This document shows, piece by piece, positions 36,660 through 45,670 of a DNA stretch of 64,000 nucleotides. The notes beneath the pieces were generated by a model that searched no databases, was not told where the DNA came from, and worked only from the letters and a program-made list of their open reading frames with translations. The position numbers and the translations under genes are program-made. Source of the DNA: Verrucomicrobiia bacterium. GTDB taxonomy: Bacteria; Verrucomicrobiota; Verrucomicrobiia; Limisphaerales; UBA11358. Within the stretch, counting starts at the first letter, position 1; the number at the start of each line of letters is the position of its first letter. The stretch lies in assembly GCA_035945675.1 (NCBI GenBank), contig DASZAB010000134.1, forward strand, positions 9,932 through 73,931, in the 5' to 3' direction.

Positions 36660-37568
36660 TTAATCTGTTGTCTGTGTGGCAGCGGGAATCGGGGTTGGCG
36701 CCGGTTGGCCTTCCGCCTCAAACTGTTTAATCAGCACGGCGATGGTCAGGCCTGCCAACAGGGCGGCCGACAGTTTGAAACGGTCATGGGAATGAAATTG
36801 CAGTTCCGGCAGCAGATCGCTGCTGGCGATGCAAAGGAAGGTGCCGGCGCAGAAGGCCAAAGCGCAACCGAGGAAAATCGCATCTGATCCGGCAAATTCA
36901 CTCGCACCCAGATAGAACAAAACCGCGCCGATGGGACTGGCCAGCGCAAACAGACCGTTCAAGAGGTGGCGCGAGAATCGCGAACTGCCACCCGCCGTCA
37001 TCAACGTGGAGATGGCCATGGCATCGAACGGCTTGTGGAGAATCACGACCAGGGCCACGCCGAGGCCGGCCAGTCGGATGTGGCCATGCGCGCCAGCCTC
37101 GACCGCCGCGGCCAGGGCGAGACCGTCGAGCAAAGAATGCAGGGTCAATCCGAGCGCCGTGCCCACCCAGGAAAGTTGCTGCGCGGATTTGTCGGCCAGC
37201 GTGTGGGCATGGTGCGCAGGGTCATGACCGTGATCGTGGTCGTCCGACACGACCTGTCCGTGGTCGCAATCCTCCGGATCGCCTGCCGCCGAGTCGTGGT
37301 GGTGAAAATGAAAGAAACGCTGGAGAAAGAACATGGCCAGAAATCCGCCAAGCATCCAGGCCGCGGTCCGGTCCAGGGAATGCAATTGTTCATCGGCGTC
37401 CGGAAGAAAATGCAGCAGGGCGATGCCGAGCATCAGACCGGACACGAAACTGATGGCCATTTGGAGGCGCCGGTGGGTGGGTTGGATGATCAACAGCAAC
37501 CAGCCGCCCGCCAGCGAGGCCAGCAACACCAGCACACAATAAATCGTCAACAGACCAATCGGGGTCAT
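36660..37568 (-). CDS. ZIP-family divalent metal (zinc/iron) transporter
   Basis: Eight TM helices with a His-rich cytoplasmic loop (HFHHHDSAAGDPEDCDHGQVVSDDHDHGHDPAHHAH). LHSLLDGLALAAA and SSDLLPE are ZIP-like motifs. Confidence 0.78.
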   Translation of the reverse strand: MTPIGLLTIYCVLVLLASLAGGWLLLIIQPTHRRLQMAISFVSGLMLGIALLHFLPDADEQLHSLDRTAAWMLGGFLAMFFLQRFFHFHHHDSAAGDPEDCDHGQVVSDDHDHGHDPAHHAHTLADKSAQQLSWVGTALGLTLHSLLDGLALAAAVEAGAHGHIRLAGLGVALVVILHKPFDAMAISTLMTAGGSSRFSRHLLNGLFALASPIGAVLFYLGASEFAGSDAIFLGCALAFCAGTFLCIASSDLLPELQFHSHDRFKLSAALLAGLTIAVLIKQFEAEGQPAPTPIPAATQTTD

Positions 37569-37575
37569 GATTTTA

Positions 37576-37594
37576 ATTGCAAATCATTTGCAAT
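37576..37594. promoter_or_regulatory. Perfect 9-1-9 palindrome, candidate Fur-family (Zur-like) operator in front of the ZIP transporter
   Basis: ATTGCAAAT-C-ATTTGCAAT, 8-26 nt upstream of the ZIP start codon (complement of 37568). AT-rich and 19 bp long, which matches Fur-box geometry. Confidence 0.5.
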
Positions 37595-37698
37595 GTAGCG
37601 GAGGTCGGGCCTCCCGCAAGTCTTATTTTTGGCATGCCGCTGCGTTGGGGAAAGACGACAACCGGCTTTTTGCGCTTTTACCGGCGCGGGTATCGGGT

Positions 37699-40600
37699 TT
37701 AGCGGCCGCAACAGTGCTTGAACTTCTTGCCGCTGCCGCAGGGACACGGGTCGTTGCGGCCCACCTTGGGGCAGGTGCGGACGGGCTTGGCTTTTTCCGC
37801 CGCCGCCGCCGCTTCGCTGACCACGTCGCTGGGTCTGGCCGCCGGCGCGCCGCCGGAGCTGGCGGTGGTGGTGCCGCCGCCAAAGGCGCTGGTCTCCTGG
37901 TGCAACGTCTGGCGGGGGACGTTGCGCAGGAAATTCTCAAACGCCATCATGGAGGACGCGCTGCGGAAGACGTTGTGGCAGATTTCGCTTTTGATGTTGA
38001 CCATCAATTCGTCGAAAATCTTGTACGCCTCGGCCTTGTACTCGACCAGCGGATCGCGCTGGCCGTAGCCGCGGAGGCCGATGCTGTAACGCAGACTGTC
38101 CATCTCGTAAAGGTGCTCCTGCCAGAGCTTGTCAATCGCGCTCAGAATCGTGTAGCGCTCCACCACCGCGAGTTTTTCCGGGTCCTCAAAGCTGATTTTC
38201 AAGTCATACGACTGGCGGATTTTGTCGCTGATGAAATTGGAGACGGCAAACTGCGCGGGGCTGAGGCCCTCGAAAACCGAGCCGGACACGGGCGTTTCCT
38301 TGCCGGAGTTGGCGGCCTTGATGATTTCGGCTTCGGGCATGCCCAACGGAAAATTCAAATTCACCCAGTCGGCCAGCGGACGGATGTTCCATTCGTTCGG
38401 CTCGGCGTTGGTGTCGGTGAATTGCTCGACCTTCAGGATGACCACTTCCTCAATGATGTCCATGAGGCGGTCGCGCACGTCAGTAGAATCGATGATTTCG
38501 TTGCGGAAGCCGTAGATGACTTCGCGCTGCTTGTTCATCACGTCGTCGTATTCGAGCGTGCGTTTGCGGATCTGAAAATTATGCTCTTCGACGCGCTTTT
38601 GCGCCTGCTGAATGGACCGGTTCAACAGTGGATGCGACAATTCCTGGCCTTCCTCGAGGCCCATTCTTTCCATCATCTTGACGATGCGATCGGAGCCAAA
38701 CAACCGCATCAAGTCGTCTTCCAGCGAAATGAAAAAGTGCGACGACCCGGGGTCGCCCTGGCGCGAACAGCGGCCGCGCAACTGTCGGTCGATGCGTCGT
38801 GACTCGTGACGTTCGGTGCCGAGCACGTGCAGGCCGCCCACCTCGGTGACACCGAGACCCAGTTTGATATCCGTGCCGCGGCCGGCCATGTTCGTGGCGA
38901 TGGTGATGGCGCCGCGCTGGCCGGCGCGGGCGATAATTTCCGCTTCCTGTTGATGGTATTTCGCGTTGAGGACGGAGTGGATCAATCCGTCACGCTTCAA
39001 CATGCGCGACAGCATTTCGCTGGTCTCCACGCTGACCGTACCGACCAGAATCGGCCGGCCCTGCGTATGCAGCTGCTTGATTTCCGCCACCACCGCGTTG
39101 AATTTCTCGCGCCTGGTTTTATAGACCGAATCGTGCGTGTCCTTGCGGATGTTCGGCTGGTTGGTCGGAATCGTCAGCACGCCGAGTTTGTAAATGTCGA
39201 GAAATTCCGTCGCCTCGGTTTCCGCCGTGCCGGTCATGCCCGCCAGTTTCTGGTAGAGGCGGAAGTAATTCTGGATGGTGATGGTCGCGAGCGTCTGGGT
39301 TTCGTGCTCGATTTCGACACCTTCCTTGGCTTCAACGGCCTGGTGCAAACCATCGCTCCAGCGGCGGCCGCTCATCAGCCGGCCGGTGTGTTGATCCACG
39401 ATGATGACCTTGTTTTCCTGCACGACATATTCCACGTCCTTCTGGTAAAGGCTGTACGCTTTGAGCAACTGCGAGATGGAATGGATTTTTTGCGCCTTGG
39501 TCTCGAAATCCTGCTGCAATTTGGTCTTGGCCTCCATGCGTTTGCGCGGATCGGCTTCCGACCCGACATCAATTTCGTGCAGCATGGTCGTCAAATCGGG
39601 CAGCACAAAGGCATCCGGGTCCTTGGGGCTGATGGCGTTGCGGCCCTTTTCGGTGAGATCGGCGTCGTGGCTCTTTTCGTCAATGGCAAACAGCAATTCC
39701 TCCTTTTCCCGGTACAGGTCCACTTTCTTCTGGTCTTTGTGCAAATCCAGCTCGGCCTGGTTCATCAGCCGCAGGTTCTCAGGATTCTCCAGAAGTTTCA
39801 TCAAACCCTCGGATTTCGGCTGGCCGGTTTTGACACGGAACAGCAACCGGCCGATTTCATTTTCCAGCCCCGCGCCGTCCTGCACGTTTGAGCCGTCGGC
39901 CGGATTCAATTTCTTCATCAACGACTCGGCTTCCGACAGGAACCGGCTGCAAAGGCGTTCCTGCGCGCGGACCAGCGATTCGACCGTTGGCTTCCATTGC
40001 GCGTATTGCTCGTCAAAAGTGTGCAGGGACGGTCCGCTGATGATGAGCGGCGTGCGGGCTTCGTCGATCAGGATCGAGTCCACTTCGTCCACAATGGCGT
40101 AATGATGCCCGCGCTGGACCTGATCCTCCTTGCGCACGGCCATGCCGTTGTCGCGGAGATAATCGAAACCGAATTCGGCGTTCGTGCCGTAGGTGATGTC
40201 GCAATAATACTGCTCGCGCCGGACTTGCGGTGTCTGGTCATGCAAAATGCAGCCAACGTTCAGGCCGAGAAATTTATAAATCGCGCCCATCCATTCCGAG
40301 TCGCGCGCCGCCAGGTAGTCGTTCACGGTTACCACATGAACGCCACGGCCGGTGAGGGCATTGAGATAAATCGGCATGGTGGCGACGAGCGTTTTGCCTT
40401 CGCCCGTCGCCATTTCGGCAATTTTGCCTTTGTGCAACGCAATTCCCCCGATGAGCTGCACGTCAAACGGAATCATCTCCCAGACGACCGGGTGTCCCCG
40501 CACCACTACTTCCGATTTGCGCTCGGTCAACCGGCGGCAGGCGTTTTTGACGACGGCAAAGGCTTCAGGCAAAATTTCGTCGAGCGCGGCGGCCAATTCC

Positions 40601-40779
40601 TGCTTGTCCTGAATCTGCGCCAGGCGCGCCTTCCAATCGACGGTTTTCTGGCGTAGCTCGTCGTCGGAAAGGTTGTGAAGGCCGCTTTCGATTTTGTTGA
40701 TCTGATCAACAAATGGCTTCAGCCTGTTTACCTCGCGGTCATTCCTCGACCCGAAGATCATTTTTATGAGTCCAATCAT
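37699..40779 (-). CDS. secA: Preprotein translocase ATPase SecA
   Basis: Full-length 1026 aa. MATGEGKTLVA Walker A. DEVDSILIDEARTPLIISG. C-terminal zinc finger CPCGSGKKFKHCCG. Confidence 0.97.
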   Translation of the reverse strand: MIGLIKMIFGSRNDREVNRLKPFVDQINKIESGLHNLSDDELRQKTVDWKARLAQIQDKQELAAALDEILPEAFAVVKNACRRLTERKSEVVVRGHPVVWEMIPFDVQLIGGIALHKGKIAEMATGEGKTLVATMPIYLNALTGRGVHVVTVNDYLAARDSEWMGAIYKFLGLNVGCILHDQTPQVRREQYYCDITYGTNAEFGFDYLRDNGMAVRKEDQVQRGHHYAIVDEVDSILIDEARTPLIISGPSLHTFDEQYAQWKPTVESLVRAQERLCSRFLSEAESLMKKLNPADGSNVQDGAGLENEIGRLLFRVKTGQPKSEGLMKLLENPENLRLMNQAELDLHKDQKKVDLYREKEELLFAIDEKSHDADLTEKGRNAISPKDPDAFVLPDLTTMLHEIDVGSEADPRKRMEAKTKLQQDFETKAQKIHSISQLLKAYSLYQKDVEYVVQENKVIIVDQHTGRLMSGRRWSDGLHQAVEAKEGVEIEHETQTLATITIQNYFRLYQKLAGMTGTAETEATEFLDIYKLGVLTIPTNQPNIRKDTHDSVYKTRREKFNAVVAEIKQLHTQGRPILVGTVSVETSEMLSRMLKRDGLIHSVLNAKYHQQEAEIIARAGQRGAITIATNMAGRGTDIKLGLGVTEVGGLHVLGTERHESRRIDRQLRGRCSRQGDPGSSHFFISLEDDLMRLFGSDRIVKMMERMGLEEGQELSHPLLNRSIQQAQKRVEEHNFQIRKRTLEYDDVMNKQREVIYGFRNEIIDSTDVRDRLMDIIEEVVILKVEQFTDTNAEPNEWNIRPLADWVNLNFPLGMPEAEIIKAANSGKETPVSGSVFEGLSPAQFAVSNFISDKIRQSYDLKISFEDPEKLAVVERYTILSAIDKLWQEHLYEMDSLRYSIGLRGYGQRDPLVEYKAEAYKIFDELMVNIKSEICHNVFRSASSMMAFENFLRNVPRQTLHQETSAFGGGTTTASSGGAPAARPSDVVSEAAAAAEKAKPVRTCPKVGRNDPCPCGSGKKFKHCCGR

Positions 40780-40968
40780 GACAATTTGCGAAAATAGCAG
40801 GTGACACGCTACGCGAGGAATGGCCCACCGTCAAAACGAATCGACGGTGGCAGTGCAATGGTTTACGGGGGAGGAACGTGAGTTGTTTCAACTCACGCGA
40901 GTACTTACCGCTCCGGCGACTGCAGAAAGGGTTGATATTTCAAGCCGCTCCTCTGGCGGAACCGGCCC

Positions 40969-41547
40969 CTAATCCACCTTTTCCGGATGCAAATCGCTTT
41001 TGACGACCGAACCGTCGGTGGCGGAAAGAGTGACGACGCCGATGTCCACCTGCTTGTCCGGATTGTCCAGTTTGGCCGCCCATAATCGGACATTCCAAAC
41101 CGGTCCTTCGTCACCGCGTTGCAGTGTCAGTTGGGACGCCCTGAGGGTGAGCTTTTTCAGCAACGGTTGCGCCCGGGCGATTTTCAGCGCCTTGTCCGAG
41201 TCCACCTTGAGCTTGGACCGGTCCAATGCCTCGTGATTGCCGGCCATTTGAAACATCCGCATCGGATGCGAAGTTTCCATTTCCTTGCCCGCGCCAAATT
41301 TCACTTCCACGGACTTGAAAGTCGCGTCCGGATCATAATAAACCACCTGCCAGATGTCCGGGGTCAGGCCGGCCACGGATTTCTCGGAGTGGATTTCCAC
41401 CACCTTGTCCTTGCTCTGGATGCCCACGTACGGATCGCCGGCCTTGATTAATTCAAACGCCGTCAAATCACGCGCCGCCGCGCGACCGGCCACCGCCAGT
41501 ATCAGCGCCGCCATGAAAAAAGTTTTCATTCTCATGTTCATCAGCAA
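40969..41547 (-). CDS. Secreted hypothetical protein (possible PepSY-like repeats)
   Basis: Signal peptide MKTFFMAALILAVAGRAAA. Two similar ~80 aa halves ending in beta-rich segments (VWQVVYYD..., VWNVRLWAA...). Confidence 0.5.
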   Translation of the reverse strand: MLMNMRMKTFFMAALILAVAGRAAARDLTAFELIKAGDPYVGIQSKDKVVEIHSEKSVAGLTPDIWQVVYYDPDATFKSVEVKFGAGKEMETSHPMRMFQMAGNHEALDRSKLKVDSDKALKIARAQPLLKKLTLRASQLTLQRGDEGPVWNVRLWAAKLDNPDKQVDIGVVTLSATDGSVVKSDLHPEKVD

Positions 41548-41692
41548 AACTTAGGCACGATCTGCCAGGTTGACAACCCCAAATTTTCTGACCCTGGGGT
41601 GTCCGTGGAAGAAATTCCAGCGCGATTTCCGGCTTGCGTTGAAGCGGGTTACCTTACAGGCTCGGCATTCAAAATTGACGGCGTAATTTTCA

Positions 41693-41974
41693 ATGAGCAA
41701 TTCAGCGGAACTCAAAAAGCAAATCAAACGCATGCTGGTGGAAAACCTCATGCTGCAGAATACGGCGGATGAAATCAAAGACGACCAGCCGCTCTTTGGT
41801 CCCGGCGGCCTGGGGTTGGATTCCGTGGATGCGCTCCAGGTGGTGGTGGCGCTCGATAAAAACTACGGCCTGAAAATTCCCGACCCGGAAACCGCGCGAA
41901 AGGTCATTCACAGCGTCAATACCATCGTCGCCGCCGTTGAACATCACCATACTGAAGCCTCCCTTAAACGATAG
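41693..41974 (+). CDS. Stand-alone acyl carrier protein-like protein
   Basis: 93 aa. The phosphopantetheine attachment context GLGLDSVDALQVVVAL has Ser in the DS motif. No fab or other lipid-synthesis genes lie nearby. Confidence 0.65.
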   Translation: MSNSAELKKQIKRMLVENLMLQNTADEIKDDQPLFGPGGLGLDSVDALQVVVALDKNYGLKIPDPETARKVIHSVNTIVAAVEHHHTEASLKR

Positions 41975-42109
41975 CGGAGCTGGTAACCGCCGCGCGTTGG
42001 TGCTATTTCCCCGAAAAACAGGCAGCGGTCGCAGATAGCCGCTGGCATGGCTTCTGAATTAACTTGCCGTGCACCCTGCGCCGCCAATCATGCCCTGGCC
42101 GAGGGCATT

Positions 42110-42301
42110 TTACAGCCATCCCATGATTTCGCGCTCGGCCTGCAGCCAGTCGTCCAGTTCGTGGCCTGGTTCGCTGCCGCGGGCGAGATAAATTTCGTGC
42201 GCGCGGGCTTCGATCTGTTCGCGGAGAGAAGCGGTTTCAAACATCCCGTTCGTCTTGCGATTTTGCGATTTTCTTTCGTTCTTTTTGCTGGTTGTTTGCA
42301 T
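42110..42301 (-). CDS. DUF2934-like small protein
   Basis: 63 aa. IEARAHEIYLARGSEPGHELDDWLQAEREI is the characteristic DUF2934 helix pair. Confidence 0.55.
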   Translation of the reverse strand: MQTTSKKNERKSQNRKTNGMFETASLREQIEARAHEIYLARGSEPGHELDDWLQAEREIMGWL

Positions 42302-42521
42302 TGTTTGTCCTTCGCGTTGGGGTTAAGGCATTACTCTAAAAAAGTCGCTACAGCGGGAACGTTTTCAGCACCTTCCGTGCCGCTGCGGACCAAGTTTGAT
42401 GGAAATTAAAAGCCTCTGATTTGGCGCTTCTTGCGGTCCAGAACACCTCGAATTCAGACTTATGAAGCCCCTCCCCAGTGGCAGTTCTCCGCCAAAAGAT
42501 ACAAAAGGAAACAGAGGATTT

Positions 42522-42538
42522 TTGGCACGAGTGGTGCT
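42522..42538 (+). promoter_or_regulatory. Candidate sigma-54 (-24/-12) promoter for the REC/coiled-coil gene
   Basis: TTGGCACGAGTGGTGCT compared with the consensus TGGCACG-N4-TTGCW. The GG and GC dinucleotides have the correct spacing. It lies ~120 nt upstream of ATG 42660. Confidence 0.45.
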
Positions 42539-42659
42539 TTTTCTTGTGAAGTGAGAGACAGAAACGAGAGCTGTGCCTGCGCCGGGTCAACCATCCGGGG
42601 AGAAGTTGCCGAGTCCCACGCTCGCCGCAGAGTTGGTGTGCTGAAAGGCATTTAAAGCG

Positions 42660-45302
42660 ATGATGAGTGTTAAAACCATTCTCTTTGTTGAAAACGACGC
42701 GGTTTCACAAAGTCTGTACCAAAAACGCTTGGAGCGCGAAGGCTTTCACCTTGAATGCGCCCAGGACGGCCAGGTCGCCATCGATATTCTCTCCGACCAT
42801 GCTCCGGATCTGGTTTTGCTTGACCTGATGCTGCCGCGGGTCAGCGGCGCCGACGTGCTCAAATTCATGCACGCCGATCCACGCCTGACGACCGTTCCTG
42901 TCATCATTTTTTCCAACGCGGCGATGACAGAGGTGCCGCCGGACAGTCCCCTGGCCCAGGGCACCAAACGTTTGCTTAAAAGCGATTGTACTTTTCCCAG
43001 GCTGCTCGAAACCATTCAGGAGACGCTTGCCGCAACCCCCGAATTGGTGGTGGTCGAAGCCGGCAAAGCGTCCTCGGCCAAGCCAGTGCCGGCGCACAAC
43101 GGCAAAGGGGAAGGCAAAACCGCACACGCTCACTCCCTGCCGGCCACTGAACTTGAAGGCAAGGCCACGAAAGCGCGCGCGGATTTTTTAAAAGAAGCCG
43201 TGGCGGTCATGCCCAAGCTTCGGGAGCACAGCATGGGATACATAAAGGCACCCGACTCGGACGCAAGTCGGGCTCATTTATCCGGCCTTCACCAGCGTGT
43301 GCAGCTGTTGAATACCGCTGCCGCCCAGGCCGACTGCGCCCGCGTTGGGCTGCTGACCAGCGCATTTGATGCCTTGCTTTCGGGAATTGCGGACAAGCCC
43401 TCGACGATTACCCCATCGGTGTTGCAGACCATCGCCCAGGCGGTGGACTGTCTGGATGGCTTGTTGAAGAATACCGACGGTTATTCCATGGGCCCGGCAT
43501 TCCAGGCCAAGGTATTGGTCGTGGACGATGACGCCGTCTGCAATCATGTCAACGTGACCTCCCTTAAGCGGGCCAATTTCGATACCGTAGGGATCAAGGA
43601 TCCGGCGGCGGCCCTGAGCCTGATGGAAACCACCCAATACGATCTGGTCGTCCTGGACATCAACATGCCCGGCATGACCGGTTTCGATGTGTGCGAGAAA
43701 CTGCGCCGTTTGCCTCATTGCAAGAAAACGCCGGTGATTTTTGTCACGGCCTTCAGCAATTTCGACAACCGCAAACAGAGCGTCCTCAGCGGCGGTAATG
43801 ATTTCGTCTCCAAGCCGGTTTCCCCCGTGGAACTGGCGCTGAAAGTAAGCGTCAATTTAATCAAGGCGCGAGTGCAAGGCACCCAGGCTCCACAATTGGA
43901 GGCCCCGGCCGCTGCGGCCAACGGTTCCTCCCACAAACCTCAACCTGTAGCCAAGACCAAAACGGATCGGCAAATCTCAACCGAAGTGCCACCCCCGGCA
44001 CCCCCCTCGCATATGACACCAACTCCTGAGCGGAGCACCAGAAACCCCAGAACGGCTGGTCCTCTTCCCGAGATACAGTCCGAACCTGAACCGCATCCCG
44101 CTGACCCGTCCGAATCCACCCCACGACCGAAGGCTGCCGCTCGAACCGGCCCGGAGGACAATGGTGGAACCCCCAGTGCGGAAATTCATGAGCGCCTGCG
44201 CCGAAGCACCGCAGGATTGGAAAACGCCAAAGCCAATCTGGAACAGGAATCGGCGGAACGAACGCGCATTGAATCGCAATGGCGCGAACAATTGAATGCC
44301 GCCAAGGCACTGATCGGGCAAACGGAAACCATTCTCAAGGAAAGGGAGGCCCGGTGCAGCAAGCTGGAAGAGGAATTGGCCGGTTTGCGAAATGTGCGGG
44401 ATGAACTCCAGGGCAAACTTGCGGCCGAACAACAAGCGATTGCGAAGTCCCAACTGGAAATCAAGGCTTTCCAGGAACGCCAAAGTCAGAGTACCGCGGA
44501 ATTAGCGCGCGCCAAAACCGCCCTGGAACAGCAATCCGCTGAGCGAACGCGTTTGGAATCGGAGTGGCGCGAGCAGTTGAATACGGTGAAGGCGGCAGCC
44601 GGCCAGACGGGAACCGCCCTGAAGGAAAAGGAGGTCCGGTGCAACCAGTTGGAAAAGGAGTTGGTTGAATTGCAGGAAGCACGCGACGAACTTCAGAACA
44701 AGCTCGTCACCGGGCAAAAGACGACTGAGAAGTTGCAACAGGAAATCAAAGAACTTCAGGCCGGTTTGGGGCAGCAAACGGCCGAACGAATGCGCCTGGA
44801 ATCAGAATGGCGCGTGCAACTGAAGGCGGTGCAGGCGGCCGCCACCCAAACGGAAACCGCGCTCAAGGAAAAAGAAGGCCGGTGTGGCCAGTTGGAAAAG
44901 GAATTGACCGGATTGCGTCAGGTTCGTGATGAACTTCAGAGCAAGTTTGCGGCCGAACAACAGGCCGTGACGAAATCCCATCAGGAGATTAAAGAACTCC
45001 AGGAACGGTTGCGCCAGGGCGGCGCAGATCTGGAACGCGCCAGGGCCAGCCTGGAACAGGAATCGACCAAACGGGCGCGCTTGGAATCGGAGTGTAAAAC
45101 CGTGGCGGATGCCAGGGAGGCGCTGAATTTGGAATTGCGCAGCTTGCGCGAGCGACAGACGGCACGCGAAGCCGAATTGCGGGACCGGCAAAAGAAACTG
45201 GTTGAGGGTTTGCGCGAAAATATGCACCACTTACAAGCGAGATTGCAGGAGGTGGAAACCTTTGGCAGCAATCTCGGTGACGCATCCGGCGGAAAAGCCT
45301 GA
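42660..45302 (+). CDS. REC - HPt-like - REC - Pro-rich linker - tandem coiled-coil repeat protein
   Basis: REC1 (LVLLDLMLP) is degenerate. An HPt-like four-helix segment follows (LSGLHQRVQLLNTAAAQA). REC2 is canonical (VLVVDDD...VVLDINMPGMTG...FVSKP). Four repeats of 81-95 aa (ERTR[IL]ES[EQ]WREQLN...) follow. Confidence 0.8.
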   Translation: MMSVKTILFVENDAVSQSLYQKRLEREGFHLECAQDGQVAIDILSDHAPDLVLLDLMLPRVSGADVLKFMHADPRLTTVPVIIFSNAAMTEVPPDSPLAQGTKRLLKSDCTFPRLLETIQETLAATPELVVVEAGKASSAKPVPAHNGKGEGKTAHAHSLPATELEGKATKARADFLKEAVAVMPKLREHSMGYIKAPDSDASRAHLSGLHQRVQLLNTAAAQADCARVGLLTSAFDALLSGIADKPSTITPSVLQTIAQAVDCLDGLLKNTDGYSMGPAFQAKVLVVDDDAVCNHVNVTSLKRANFDTVGIKDPAAALSLMETTQYDLVVLDINMPGMTGFDVCEKLRRLPHCKKTPVIFVTAFSNFDNRKQSVLSGGNDFVSKPVSPVELALKVSVNLIKARVQGTQAPQLEAPAAAANGSSHKPQPVAKTKTDRQISTEVPPPAPPSHMTPTPERSTRNPRTAGPLPEIQSEPEPHPADPSESTPRPKAAARTGPEDNGGTPSAEIHERLRRSTAGLENAKANLEQESAERTRIESQWREQLNAAKALIGQTETILKEREARCSKLEEELAGLRNVRDELQGKLAAEQQAIAKSQLEIKAFQERQSQSTAELARAKTALEQQSAERTRLESEWREQLNTVKAAAGQTGTALKEKEVRCNQLEKELVELQEARDELQNKLVTGQKTTEKLQQEIKELQAGLGQQTAERMRLESEWRVQLKAVQAAATQTETALKEKEGRCGQLEKELTGLRQVRDELQSKFAAEQQAVTKSHQEIKELQERLRQGGADLERARASLEQESTKRARLESECKTVADAREALNLELRSLRERQTAREAELRDRQKKLVEGLRENMHHLQARLQEVETFGSNLGDASGGKA

Positions 45303-45483
45303 TCCCGGATTGGATTCCGTTTTTTTCCGGCAGAAACAGCGGCCGTGTCTGGTCATCGTCTATAATTCTGTTCGAAGACTCTTACGAACGAGCTTGCCAG
45401 CGACCTCCATTCGTGTGAAATACACGCCTGATGGCGCATAGCCGACGGCTCAGTTTTTGGCCAAGCCATTGGTAATCAACGAT

Positions 45484-45559
45484 GTCCCCGTAGCTCAAAT
45501 GGATAGAGCAGCGGTTTCCTAAACCGCGTATCCCAGTTCAATTCCGGGCGGGGACGCCA
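45484..45559 (+). tRNA. tRNA-Arg (anticodon CCU), with genomically encoded CCA
   Basis: Perfect 7-bp acceptor stem (GTCCCCG/CGGGGAC). D arm GCTC-AAATGGATA-GAGC. Anticodon stem GCGGT/ACCGC with loop TTCCTAA. T loop TTCAATT. One A:C mismatch in the T stem. Confidence 0.8.
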
Positions 45560-45670
45560 TATTATGGCCCATTTGGCAGAATTTCCGTCATCCTTGAATA
45601 CTTTTATTGGCAACTGGTCGAATTAAATGGGTTTATATGTTATGGTGCAGACAACAACCAAGCCCCCCGC

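Noticed and set aside
37595-37635. The hairpin GCGGAGGtcgggCCTCCCGC followed by a T-rich run on the plus strand, between the ZIP gene and secA.
   Set aside because: The orientation would terminate a plus-strand transcript, but both flanking genes are on the minus strand. On the minus strand there is no U-tract after the stem.
42368-42380. GCACCTTCCGTGC, a small palindrome ~150 bp upstream of the candidate sigma-54 promoter, considered as an NtrC-type enhancer (UAS).
   Set aside because: The arms are only 4 bp, so chance occurrence is high. No second tandem site is visible.
45303-45330. A possible intrinsic terminator after the REC/coiled-coil gene (CGGA-ttggat-TCCG followed by T7).
   Set aside because: The stem is only 4 bp, which is too weak to call despite the good T-tract.
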